This document shows positions 26,502 through 34,024 of a DNA stretch of 35,865 nt, piece after piece. Below the pieces are notes generated by a model, which saw only the letters and a list, made by a program, of their open reading frames with translations, made no database searches and was not told where the DNA came from. The translations under genes were made by a program, and so were the position numbers. The stretch is taken from the sequence record SRR9188677_180; one strand, written 5' to 3'. Within the stretch, counting starts at the first letter, position 1. The number at the start of each line of letters is the position of its first letter.

Positions 26502-27407
26502 ATGAGCACTAAACCTACTTTATTAATCTTAGCAGCTGGAATGGCTAGTCGCTATGGCAGCATGAAACAAATTGATGGTTTTGGTCCGAACGGAGAAACC
26601 ATTATCGATTACTCTATTTACGACGCTATCAAAGCTGGCTTTGGCAAAGTTGTTTTTATCATTAAAGAAGAGTTTGTAGAAAACTTTAGAAATATTTTCG
26701 ATCCAAAGCTTAAAGGAAAAATAGAAGTTGACTATGTTTTTCAAAATTTCGATTTAAAGCAATTTGGCATTGAAGAAGAAATTTTCAGAGAAAAACCTTG
26801 GGGAACAGCACATGCCATTTTATCTGGTAGAAAGGTAGTTAAAGAACCTTTTTGTGTAATTAATGCCGATGACTTCTATGGCTTTGATGCCTTTAAAAAA
26901 ATGGTTGATTTTTTAACTGAAGAAGCTACAGACAGCAATTACTCAATAATTGGTTATCAAATAGGTAAAACTTTATCTGATTTTGGTGCGGTATCTCGTG
27001 GTGTTTGTAAAGTAGATGCGGCTGGCAATTTAGAAGAAATTGTAGAGCGAACCAAAGTTTATCAAGAAGACGGCGTAATTGTGTATGAAGAAGATGAAGA
27101 AAAATTCCCTTTAGCTTTTGAAACACCAGTTTCTATGAATTTTTGGGGCTTTACTCCAGCTGTATTTAAAATTACAGAAGAAATGTTTGTTAAATTCGCT
27201 TTGGAAAATAAGGATAAACCTAAAGCAGAGTTTTTTATTCCTTTGATTGGTGAAAACTTAGTTAAAAGTAATACAGCGACTTTTAAAGTAGTACCAACAT
27301 CAAACCAATGGTTTGGCGTTACTTATAAAGAAGATAAACCTTTTGTGCAAGCCAGTATAGACCAGCTTATTAAAGATGGTGCCTATCCTGAAAAACTATG
27401 GAACTAA
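26502..27407 (+). CDS. sugar-1-phosphate nucleotidyltransferase
   Basis: 'LILAAGMASRYGSMKQ', 'PWGTAHA', 'VINADDFYG', 'SMNFWGF' and 'WFGVTY.ED'. Confidence 0.9.
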   Translation: MSTKPTLLILAAGMASRYGSMKQIDGFGPNGETIIDYSIYDAIKAGFGKVVFIIKEEFVENFRNIFDPKLKGKIEVDYVFQNFDLKQFGIEEEIFREKPWGTAHAILSGRKVVKEPFCVINADDFYGFDAFKKMVDFLTEEATDSNYSIIGYQIGKTLSDFGAVSRGVCKVDAAGNLEEIVERTKVYQEDGVIVYEEDEEKFPLAFETPVSMNFWGFTPAVFKITEEMFVKFALENKDKPKAEFFIPLIGENLVKSNTATFKVVPTSNQWFGVTYKEDKPFVQASIDQLIKDGAYPEKLWN

Positions 27408-28471
27408 AGGTTGCAGAAGAAATACTTAATGCATACGGTTTTTCAACAAATACCGTAACATTAAACCAAATTGGTTCGGGGCATATCAACCGAACCTTTT
27501 TGCTTTCTACCGTTTCCAAAAAGCGGTTTATCCTGCAAAACATCAACACCAAAATTTTTAAGGACCCATTTGCCATAGCCATTAACATCACATTAGTGGC
27601 TAATGAGTTAAGAAATCATCATCCAAATTATCTTTTCCCAGCGCCAATACCCACACGTAATGGCGAACCAATGTTTAACTGGCAGGATGAATATTGGCGC
27701 TTGCTTCCTTTTATTGACAATACTACTGCTTTTAATACGCTGAGCGAACCAAAACAAGCCTATGAAGCTGCCAAACAATTTGGAAAATTAACGAGGTTAT
27801 TAAACAATTTTAACGCTGATCTTTTAAAGCCTACAATTGTAGGATTTCATGATTTGGCATGGAGATACGAACAATTTATTACTGCTTTAGGCAAAGCCGA
27901 TGAAAAGCTAAAAACAAATGCCGCCAAGCAAATCGAAAAAGCAACTAACCTACATTATCTTTTGGTATTTTATCAATCTTACGAAGGCAGTGATGAGTTT
28001 CCTAATAGGGTAATGCACCATGACACTAAAATCAGCAATGTACTACTTAATTCGGTTGATTATACTGGAGTTTGCGTAATTGATTTAGATACCTTAATGC
28101 CAGGCAAGTTTATTTCAGACTTAGGTGATATGATGCGCACTTACCTCTGTGCTTTTGATGAGAACGAAACAGATTCAAGTAAAATAAATATTCGCTTACC
28201 TTATTTTAAAGCTACTATACAAGGCTATCTTTCTGAAATGGCTACTATCTTAACAGCCACAGAAAAAGAGTTGATCTTATTCTCTGGCAAGTATATCATT
28301 TATATGCAGGCCTTACGTTTTTTAACCGACTACCTAAATGGGAATAGCTATTACCCTATCAATTATCCGACTCAAAACCTAGATAGGGCGAAAAACCAAT
28401 TTAAACTACTTCAAGAAATTTTTGCAAACGAGAAAATTTTACAAGATATTATTGAAGATTGTTTATCTTAA
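27398..28471 (+). CDS. APH/choline-kinase-fold sugar kinase (N-acetylhexosamine 1-kinase-like)
   Basis: 'G.GHINRTF', 'FILQNIN..IF', catalytic 'HHDTKISN', 'VIDLDT.MPG....DLGD' and 'RFLTDYLNG..YY'. Overlaps the upstream gene by 10 nt. Confidence 0.85.
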   Translation: MELKVAEEILNAYGFSTNTVTLNQIGSGHINRTFLLSTVSKKRFILQNINTKIFKDPFAIAINITLVANELRNHHPNYLFPAPIPTRNGEPMFNWQDEYWRLLPFIDNTTAFNTLSEPKQAYEAAKQFGKLTRLLNNFNADLLKPTIVGFHDLAWRYEQFITALGKADEKLKTNAAKQIEKATNLHYLLVFYQSYEGSDEFPNRVMHHDTKISNVLLNSVDYTGVCVIDLDTLMPGKFISDLGDMMRTYLCAFDENETDSSKINIRLPYFKATIQGYLSEMATILTATEKELILFSGKYIIYMQALRFLTDYLNGNSYYPINYPTQNLDRAKNQFKLLQEIFANEKILQDIIEDCLS

Positions 28472-28494
28472 TCTTTAAAACTAACAAACAAGCA

Positions 28495-29178
28495 ATGTCC
28501 CAACTAAATAATGAAATTAAAAAGGAGTTTCAGATAGAAAGAATGATCCTTTTTACCGATGCTGTATTTGCAATCGCAATTACACTTTTAGTGATAGAAA
28601 TTAAAGCGCCAGAAATTCATAAAGATTTTACCCATCAACAGATCACAAACCAATTATTGTCGCTCATTCCAAAATTCATTGGCTTTATAGTAAGCTTCTT
28701 TGTAATTGCAATCTACTGGCGATCGCACCACAGGTTGTTTTCATTTTTAAAAAACTATGATGACAAACTAATTTGGCTAAATTTCCTATTCCTTTTTACC
28801 ATCATTTTAATGCCATTTAGCTCGGCGTATTATAGCGAGAACACCAATTACAATTTGCCGCTTTATTTTTACTGTGTTAATGTAGGGGCAACTGGCTTTG
28901 CAAATTACTTGATGTTAAATTACATCATCAAGCATAAAGAACAAATTGCAGAAGGTTTTACAGAACCTAAAGTAAGGCAACTTGCCAGATGGAGAACTTT
29001 AATTGTACCTTTTATTTTCTTAAGTGGAATTTTATTAACGCTCCTTTTACCGAAAGGATATAGCATTTTAAGCAGACTAACGCCAATGTTAATATGGCCA
29101 GCTATGGTAATCTTAAATAAAAGATTTGCAGCAAAAAAAGCTATAGCTGCCAAGCCAATTAAAAAAGAAAAAGTTTAA
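28495..29178 (+). CDS. TMEM175 family (DUF1211) potassium channel
   Basis: 'ERMILFTDAVFAIAITLLVIEI', 'SFFVIAIYW.SHH.LF' and 'LNFLFL..I..MPF'. Likely start is the ATG at 28495. Confidence 0.88.
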   Translation: MSQLNNEIKKEFQIERMILFTDAVFAIAITLLVIEIKAPEIHKDFTHQQITNQLLSLIPKFIGFIVSFFVIAIYWRSHHRLFSFLKNYDDKLIWLNFLFLFTIILMPFSSAYYSENTNYNLPLYFYCVNVGATGFANYLMLNYIIKHKEQIAEGFTEPKVRQLARWRTLIVPFIFLSGILLTLLLPKGYSILSRLTPMLIWPAMVILNKRFAAKKAIAAKPIKKEKV

Positions 29179-29242
29179 AAATTCAGCATAGATTGCCTTG
29201 CTAACTGCAAATAGCTTTGCAAAAACTCACCATTACAATCAC

Positions 29243-29280
29243 AAAAAAAGCGTCACTGAAATTAATCAGCAACGCTTTTT
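29243..29280. terminator. bidirectional terminator between the TMEM175 gene and dnaK
   Basis: AAAAAAAGCGT.CACTGA-AATTAA-TCAGCA.ACGCTTTTT imperfect stem with A and T tracts on both sides. Confidence 0.7.
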
Positions 29281-29289
29281 CTTTACATC

Positions 29290-29319
29290 TTCGGACTTTC
29301 GGTCCTCCGACTTCGGACT
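29290..29319. repeat. short 7/8-mer tandem array (TTCGGACT TTCGGTCC TCCGACT TCGGACT)
   Basis: Four units immediately downstream of the dnaK stop codon. Confidence 0.65.
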
Positions 29320-29324
29320 AAAAA

Positions 29325-31232
29325 CTATTTCTTATCGTCGTCTTTCACTTCTTCAAACTCAACATCAGTAACAGTATCGCCACCTTGTTGTGCATCAGCT
29401 TGTGGAGCACCTTCTGCTGCTTGGCCTTCTTGACCAGCTTTGTACATTTCTTCAGAGGCTACGTTCCAAGCATTTTGCAACTCTTCTTGTGCAGCATCAA
29501 TATCAGCGAAGTTACGAGCAGCGTGAGCCGCTTTTAATTTCTCTAAACCTGCTTCAATAGGCGCTTTTTTATCAGCAGATAATTTATCGCCAAACTCTTT
29601 CAATTGTTTCTCAGTAGAGAAAATCAAAGCGTCTGCACCGTTAATTTTATCAGCCTCTTCTTTAGCTTTAGCATCTGCTTCTGCATTTGCCTCTGCTTCT
29701 TCTTTCATTTTTTTGATTTCTTCTTCTGTTAAACCAGATGAAGCTTCGATACGGATTTTTTGCTCTTTACCAGTAGCTTTATCTTTTGCACTTACGTGTA
29801 AAATACCGTTCGCATCAATATCAAAAGCAACTTCAATTTGAGGCACACCTCTTGGAGCTGGTGGAATACCGTCTAAAATGAAACGACCAATTGTACGGTT
29901 TTGAGCAGCCATTGGGCGCTCTCCTTGTAAAATATGGATCTCAACAGAAGGCTGGTTATCAGCAGCAGTAGAGAAAGTTTCAGCTTTTTTAGAAGGGATA
30001 GTTGTATTAGCTTCAATTAATTTGGTCATTACGCCACCCATAGTTTCAATACCTAATGAAAGTGGAGTAACATCTAATAACAATACATCTTTAACCTCAC
30101 CAGTTAACACACCACCTTGAATAGCAGCACCAATTGCTACAACCTCATCAGGGTTTACACCTTTGCTTGGCTCTTTACCAAAGAAAGCTTTAACCGCATC
30201 TTGAATTGCAGGAATACGAGTAGAACCACCAACTAAGATAATCTCATCAATATCACCAACTTTTAAACCAGCATTTTTCAAAGCAGATTTACAAGGCTCA
30301 ATAGTACGTTTAATCAAATCACCAGCCAGTTGCTCAAATTTAGCACGACTTAAAGTACGTACCAAGTGTTTAGGGCCACTAGCATCAGCAGTAATATACG
30401 GTAAGTTAATTTCTGTAGAAGTTGTGCTAGATAATTCGATTTTAGCTTTCTCAGCAGCTTCTTTTAAACGTTGTAACGCCATCGGATCTTGACTTAAATC
30501 CATTCCGTTTTCGTTTTTAAATTCAGCAGCTAACCAATCGATAATAATGTGGTCAAAGTCATCACCACCTAAATGTGTATCACCATCGGTAGATTTTACT
30601 TCAAAAACACCATCACCTAATTCTAACACAGAAACATCATGTGTACCACCACCACAGTCAAACACAACAATTTTCATGTCTTTGTGTGCTTTATCCAAAC
30701 CATAAGCTAAAGCAGCTGCAGTTGGCTCGTTAATGATACGTTTTACTGTTAAACCAGCAATTTCACCAGCTTCTTTAGTTGCTTGGCGCTGTGCATCGTT
30801 AAAGTAAGCAGGCACTGTAATTACAGCTTCAGTAACTTCTTGTCCCAAGAAATCTTCAGCAGTTTTTTTCATTTTCTGCAAAATCATTGCAGAAATTTCT
30901 TGCGGTGTATATTTTCTATCGTCAATTTCAACACGTGGTGTGCTGTTATCACCTTTAACAACTTTATAAGGCACCCTAGCAATTTCCTTCGCTACCTCAG
31001 CATAGCTGCTGCCCATAAAGCGTTTAATAGAATAAATTGTTTTAGTTGGGTTAGTTATTGCCTGGCGTTTAGCTGGCTCGCCCACTTTACGCTCGCCGTT
31101 TTCTGCAAAAGCAACAATAGATGGCGTAGTACGTTTACCCTCACTGTTGGCTATAACTACAGGTTCGTTACCTTCCATTACAGAAACGCAAGAGTTTGTT
31201 GTTCCTAAGTCTATACCAATTATTTTTCCCAT
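29325..31232 (-). CDS. dnaK: molecular chaperone DnaK (Hsp70)
   Basis: '[11 protein letters not shown]', '[13 protein letters not shown]', 'INEPTAAA', 'LVGGSTRIP' and 'NPDEVVA.GAA'. Confidence 0.99.
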   Translation of the reverse strand: MGKIIGIDLGTTNSCVSVMEGNEPVVIANSEGKRTTPSIVAFAENGERKVGEPAKRQAITNPTKTIYSIKRFMGSSYAEVAKEIARVPYKVVKGDNSTPRVEIDDRKYTPQEISAMILQKMKKTAEDFLGQEVTEAVITVPAYFNDAQRQATKEAGEIAGLTVKRIINEPTAAALAYGLDKAHKDMKIVVFDCGGGTHDVSVLELGDGVFEVKSTDGDTHLGGDDFDHIIIDWLAAEFKNENGMDLSQDPMALQRLKEAAEKAKIELSSTTSTEINLPYITADASGPKHLVRTLSRAKFEQLAGDLIKRTIEPCKSALKNAGLKVGDIDEIILVGGSTRIPAIQDAVKAFFGKEPSKGVNPDEVVAIGAAIQGGVLTGEVKDVLLLDVTPLSLGIETMGGVMTKLIEANTTIPSKKAETFSTAADNQPSVEIHILQGERPMAAQNRTIGRFILDGIPPAPRGVPQIEVAFDIDANGILHVSAKDKATGKEQKIRIEASSGLTEEEIKKMKEEAEANAEADAKAKEEADKINGADALIFSTEKQLKEFGDKLSADKKAPIEAGLEKLKAAHAARNFADIDAAQEELQNAWNVASEEMYKAGQEGQAAEGAPQADAQQGGDTVTDVEFEEVKDDDKK

Positions 31233-31277
31233 TTTATTATATATTATTTTAAATTTTTACTGTTTACATGCTAATTA

Positions 31278-31292
31278 ACAAGCAATGTGCCA
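31278..31292 (-). promoter_or_regulatory. putative sigma54 (-24/-12) promoter of dnaK
   Basis: The minus strand reads TGGCACATTGCTTGT versus consensus TGGCACG-N4-TTGC; it lies 45 nt upstream of the ATG. Confidence 0.65.
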
Positions 31293-31357
31293 ATTGAGTT
31301 TTGGCAGAAATAACATAGAATTGTCTGTAAAAATGTATCAAATATGCGTGATTTAGG

Positions 31358-31372
31358 CTGACACCTTGGCAG
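31358..31372. promoter_or_regulatory. dyad CTGACA-CCT-TGGCAG, candidate activator site for dnaK
   Basis: Near-palindrome CTG(A/C)CA-N3-TG(G/T)CAG about 70-80 bp upstream of the -24 box. An extra TGGCAG half-site lies at 31302-31307. Confidence 0.5.
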
Positions 31373-31607
31373 AATTCAGCGAAATTGTAGCCAATCTACG
31401 ATCTTATTAAATCGCTATAACATATTAATCAGAAATTGAAGAATATTTATTTGTATGCAACTATTTTTAAATTAAAGACAACTTTAAATAAATATTTTTT
31501 TATAAATTTAATGAAGATAACAATCAGTTAATCAAATACCTAAGCTTAAAATAAAACTTAGGAGAATGCTTGTTTGTGAGTATATTTTATTAATTAAACA
31601 ATAATTA

Positions 31608-31682
31608 GGTTGCTTAGGACTGACCATCCAATTTTAGTGACAAATTTCAATGTGGAGTCCTGATACCACAAAAAAACGGGAC
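31608..31682 (+). ncRNA. candidate structured 5' leader RNA (two hairpins plus alternative pseudoknot)
   Basis: GGTTG/TGACC hairpin with loop CTTAGGAC; TGTGG/CCACA hairpin with loop AGTCCTGATA; downstream A6-CGGGAC. A GC-enriched island in a very AT-rich intergenic region. Confidence 0.45.
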
Positions 31683-31724
31683 ATAATCAACAATCCTTAT
31701 CATTAAAACTTAAATTTTATTAAA

Positions 31725-32015
31725 ATGAGTACATTATCAAATACCACTTGGACAATCAATTTAGCATCAACCGGAAGTGTTACCTTTACGTTTAATGAAA
31801 ATGGCACTGCCTCAGCTGGAGGATCAATAGTTTGGTATTGGACCGAAAGTCCGGATGGAAGCTGGATGGTACAGACCTTAAATCCTAGTTTGCAAAATAA
31901 TGTTTCAATGGTCTATTTTGGAAAACATAGTGGTGGACAGGGTAATGGCTATTTCACAAATGGTTGGCAAGGAGCTTTAGCACTTCTACAACCATTCACA
32001 ATGAATAAGAACTAA
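31725..32015 (+). CDS. hypothetical 96-aa beta-rich, Gly/Trp/Asn-rich protein
   Basis: Clean ORF with an A-rich start context and its own terminator. No signal peptide and no family that I recognise. Confidence 0.7.
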   Translation: MSTLSNTTWTINLASTGSVTFTFNENGTASAGGSIVWYWTESPDGSWMVQTLNPSLQNNVSMVYFGKHSGGQGNGYFTNGWQGALALLQPFTMNKN

Positions 32016-32034
32016 TTAACTCAACATTAATTTA

Positions 32035-32061
32035 CAAGGTATTGCGATCGGCAATACCTTG
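32035..32061. terminator. hairpin between convergent genes
   Basis: CAAGGTATTGC-GATCG-GCAATACCTTG, a perfect 11-bp stem. Confidence 0.7.
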
Positions 32062-32066
32062 GCTAG

Positions 32067-33269
32067 CTAAAGTTCCATTAATTTCTCTAAATGATGATAA
32101 CCAATCCCAAAATAAGTTTTTGTTGCTTTAATTTGTTGTAAAATTTCTTTCCTTTTTCCGCTTTCAGCTTTAGTCTTTAAGCTTTCAGCCCTTTTTACTC
32201 CAACAACCAAAACATTCTTCGGCGTATGCGCATCAGATATAAATTCAAATACCTTAGTTTTATAGCCAAAGTATTCTAAAATCAAAGCCCTGATTCCATC
32301 GGTCACCATTTCAGCTTGTCGCTCTAAGAAAATCCCATATTTGGTAAGGAAAGACACATCGTTCTTCACTTTGTGCTTTTCCATTTCTCTTCTGATCTGT
32401 TTATGGCAACAAGGCGCCACAACAATTAACTCGGCACCTGCTTTAATACCTTTAAAAATCGCATCGTCAGTTGCAGTATCACAAGCATGCAGTGCAATCA
32501 ATAAATTAATTTCTTGTACTTTATAATCTTCTATCGTACCTTCTACGAAATGCAATTGTTTAAAATCAGCTTGCTTGGCAATATCATTACACAATTGTAC
32601 CATATCGGCTCTAAACTCAACACCAGTAACAGTTGCTTCTAATTTTAATTGTTGATATAAGTAATCATAAAGTGCAAAGGTCAAATATCCTTTTCCAGAG
32701 CCCATGTCAACAACATTCTTTATCGTTCCAGCTGGCAGCTCTTTAATCAACGAACTTAAAATCTCTACATACTGATTAATCTGCTTGTATTTATCTTGAG
32801 CATTTTTAAATACTTTTCCTTCTGCGTCAGTAATGTTTAGCGAATGTAGATAATTTGCATTAGCAGGTTTAATCAGCCGTTTCTTTTGCTTGTCATGTGA
32901 TAAATCAACCTTTAGTACAGCATTAAGCTGTCGCTCTCTGAGTGTTATTGCATCCTTTTTCTGATGTTCAATAACTACCTCAGTAGCAGTAGTAAAAAGT
33001 GTAGCAATCTTAAAGTCATTACTAATCAAGTTCATTACCAATTGTACACCCTCATTGATCGTAAAATTCTTAAAGATGTCTCTAGTTTTATATCTGTAGT
33101 TAAAAGAAAGCATATCAACACGCTTAATTTTTACAGGTTTAATGTATAAATTTTTAAGCTCCCTATCGTTACCTTGATAATTACCCAATGATAGTTTTAC
33201 CAATTTTTGATTGGTTACCGCTTGATTTAAAACTTCATTAAATTTGGCTAAAGCTTCGCTTGCTGACAT
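32067..33269 (-). CDS. class I SAM-dependent methyltransferase (Methyltransf_32-like)
   Basis: 'K.KQIN', 'VVDMGSGKGYLTF', 'ALHACDTATD', 'APCCH' and 'HTPKN'. Confidence 0.9.
   Translation of the reverse strand: MSASEALAKFNEVLNQAVTNQKLVKLSLGNYQGNDRELKNLYIKPVKIKRVDMLSFNYRYKTRDIFKNFTINEGVQLVMNLISNDFKIATLFTTATEVVIEHQKKDAITLRERQLNAVLKVDLSHDKQKKRLIKPANANYLHSLNITDAEGKVFKNAQDKYKQINQYVEILSSLIKELPAGTIKNVVDMGSGKGYLTFALYDYLYQQLKLEATVTGVEFRADMVQLCNDIAKQADFKQLHFVEGTIEDYKVQEINLLIALHACDTATDDAIFKGIKAGAELIVVAPCCHKQIRREMEKHKVKNDVSFLTKYGIFLERQAEMVTDGIRALILEYFGYKTKVFEFISDAHTPKNVLVVGVKRAESLKTKAESGKRKEILQQIKATKTYFGIGYHHLEKLMEL
32147..32195. repeat. heptamer tandem array inside the methyltransferase CDS
   Basis: CTTTCCT TTTTCCG CTTTCAG CTTTAGT CTTTAAG CTTTCAG CCCTTTT. 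Confidence 0.7.
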
Positions 33270-33306
33270 GTTAAAAAATTTAGTACAATATTACTACTAT
33301 AAAAAC

Positions 33307-33338
33307 AAAAAACCCTTTAGGAAAATCCTAAAGGGTTT
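33307..33338 (-). terminator. intrinsic terminator of the alpha operon
   Basis: AAAAAACCCTTTAGG-AAAAT-CCTAAAGGGTTT; U tract on the minus strand. Confidence 0.9.
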
Positions 33339-33365
33339 ACTATAATAAATCTTTCGATTTAAGTG

Positions 33366-33956
33366 TTATGCTTTTGGAGCTTCCTCGTCAGCGTTAGCTT
33401 CCGGAGTTGATTCTTCAGTAGCAGGAGTTTCTTCTACTGCTGGTGCAGCTTCTTCCTCTACTACAACTGCATCTTCTACAGCAGCCTCAGCTTTTGGAGC
33501 TTTTGCTTCAGCAGCAGGCGCATCAGCTTTTTTAGCTTTGCTTCTACCTCTACGTGTAGTTTTCTTTTCAGCAGCTGCTGTATCCTGACCATAAACTTCG
33601 TTGTAGTCAACAAGTTCAATTAATGCCATTTCAGCATTATCACCTAAACGATTGTTTAATTTGATAATACGAGTATAACCACCTGGACGGTTAGCTACTT
33701 TTGCAGCTACATCGCGGAAAAGCTCAGTAACTGTCTCTTTATCTTGCAAATAAGAGAAAACAATACGACGAGAGTGTGTAGTATCGTTTTTAGATTTTGT
33801 AATAATTGGTTCAACATAAACGCGTAAAGCTTTTGCTTTAGCTAAAGTAGTCGAAATTCTCTTGTGCTTAATTAGAGAAGAAGCCATGTTAGCCAACATC
33901 GCTTTTCTGTGCGAAGTTGTTCTACCTAAATGGTTGTGTTTTTTACCGTGTCTCAT
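33366..33956 (-). CDS. rplQ: 50S ribosomal protein L17 with Ala/Glu-rich C-terminal extension
   Basis: 'MRHGKK...[13 protein letters not shown]', '[10 protein letters not shown]...R.GDNA'; directly downstream of rpoA. Confidence 0.98.
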   Translation of the reverse strand: MRHGKKHNHLGRTTSHRKAMLANMASSLIKHKRISTTLAKAKALRVYVEPIITKSKNDTTHSRRIVFSYLQDKETVTELFRDVAAKVANRPGGYTRIIKLNNRLGDNAEMALIELVDYNEVYGQDTAAAEKKTTRRGRSKAKKADAPAAEAKAPKAEAAVEDAVVVEEEAAPAVEETPATEESTPEANADEEAPKA

Positions 33957-34024
33957 TTTTTGTTTTGTAAAGTGTATACCGTCTCTTTGAACTTAATCTG
34001 AGGGAATTATACACAGTGAATAAT

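Noticed and set aside
27398-28471. aminoglycoside resistance gene
   Set aside because: It shares the APH fold, but its motifs and coupling to a sugar nucleotidyltransferase point to a sugar kinase.
3777-28494. longer N-termini in the ORF track (3777, 16497, 20787, 22435, 28459)
   Set aside because: These extensions overlap promoter boxes or upstream genes; downstream starts (3798, 16446, 20853, 22414, 28495) fit the family N-termini better.
31605-31685. TPP riboswitch, preQ1 riboswitch or hammerhead/pistol ribozyme
   Set aside because: Only fragments resemble them (CTGA, CCTGAT, A-rich linker). The CUGAGA, CUGANGA/GAAA and preQ1 loop consensus elements are absent, so it is kept as an unassigned RNA candidate.
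1054-33149. numerous 60-140 aa ORF-track entries overlapping larger genes (e.g. 2542-2856, 7392-7739, 12406-12687, 25840-26163, 30783-31208)
   Set aside because: They are antisense or off-frame shadows of well-supported conserved genes, with no independent motifs.
33366-33590. Ala/Glu/Lys-rich extension of L17 as a novel domain
   Set aside because: Low-complexity C-terminal tails on L17 are common in Bacteroidota; there is no sign of a folded domain.
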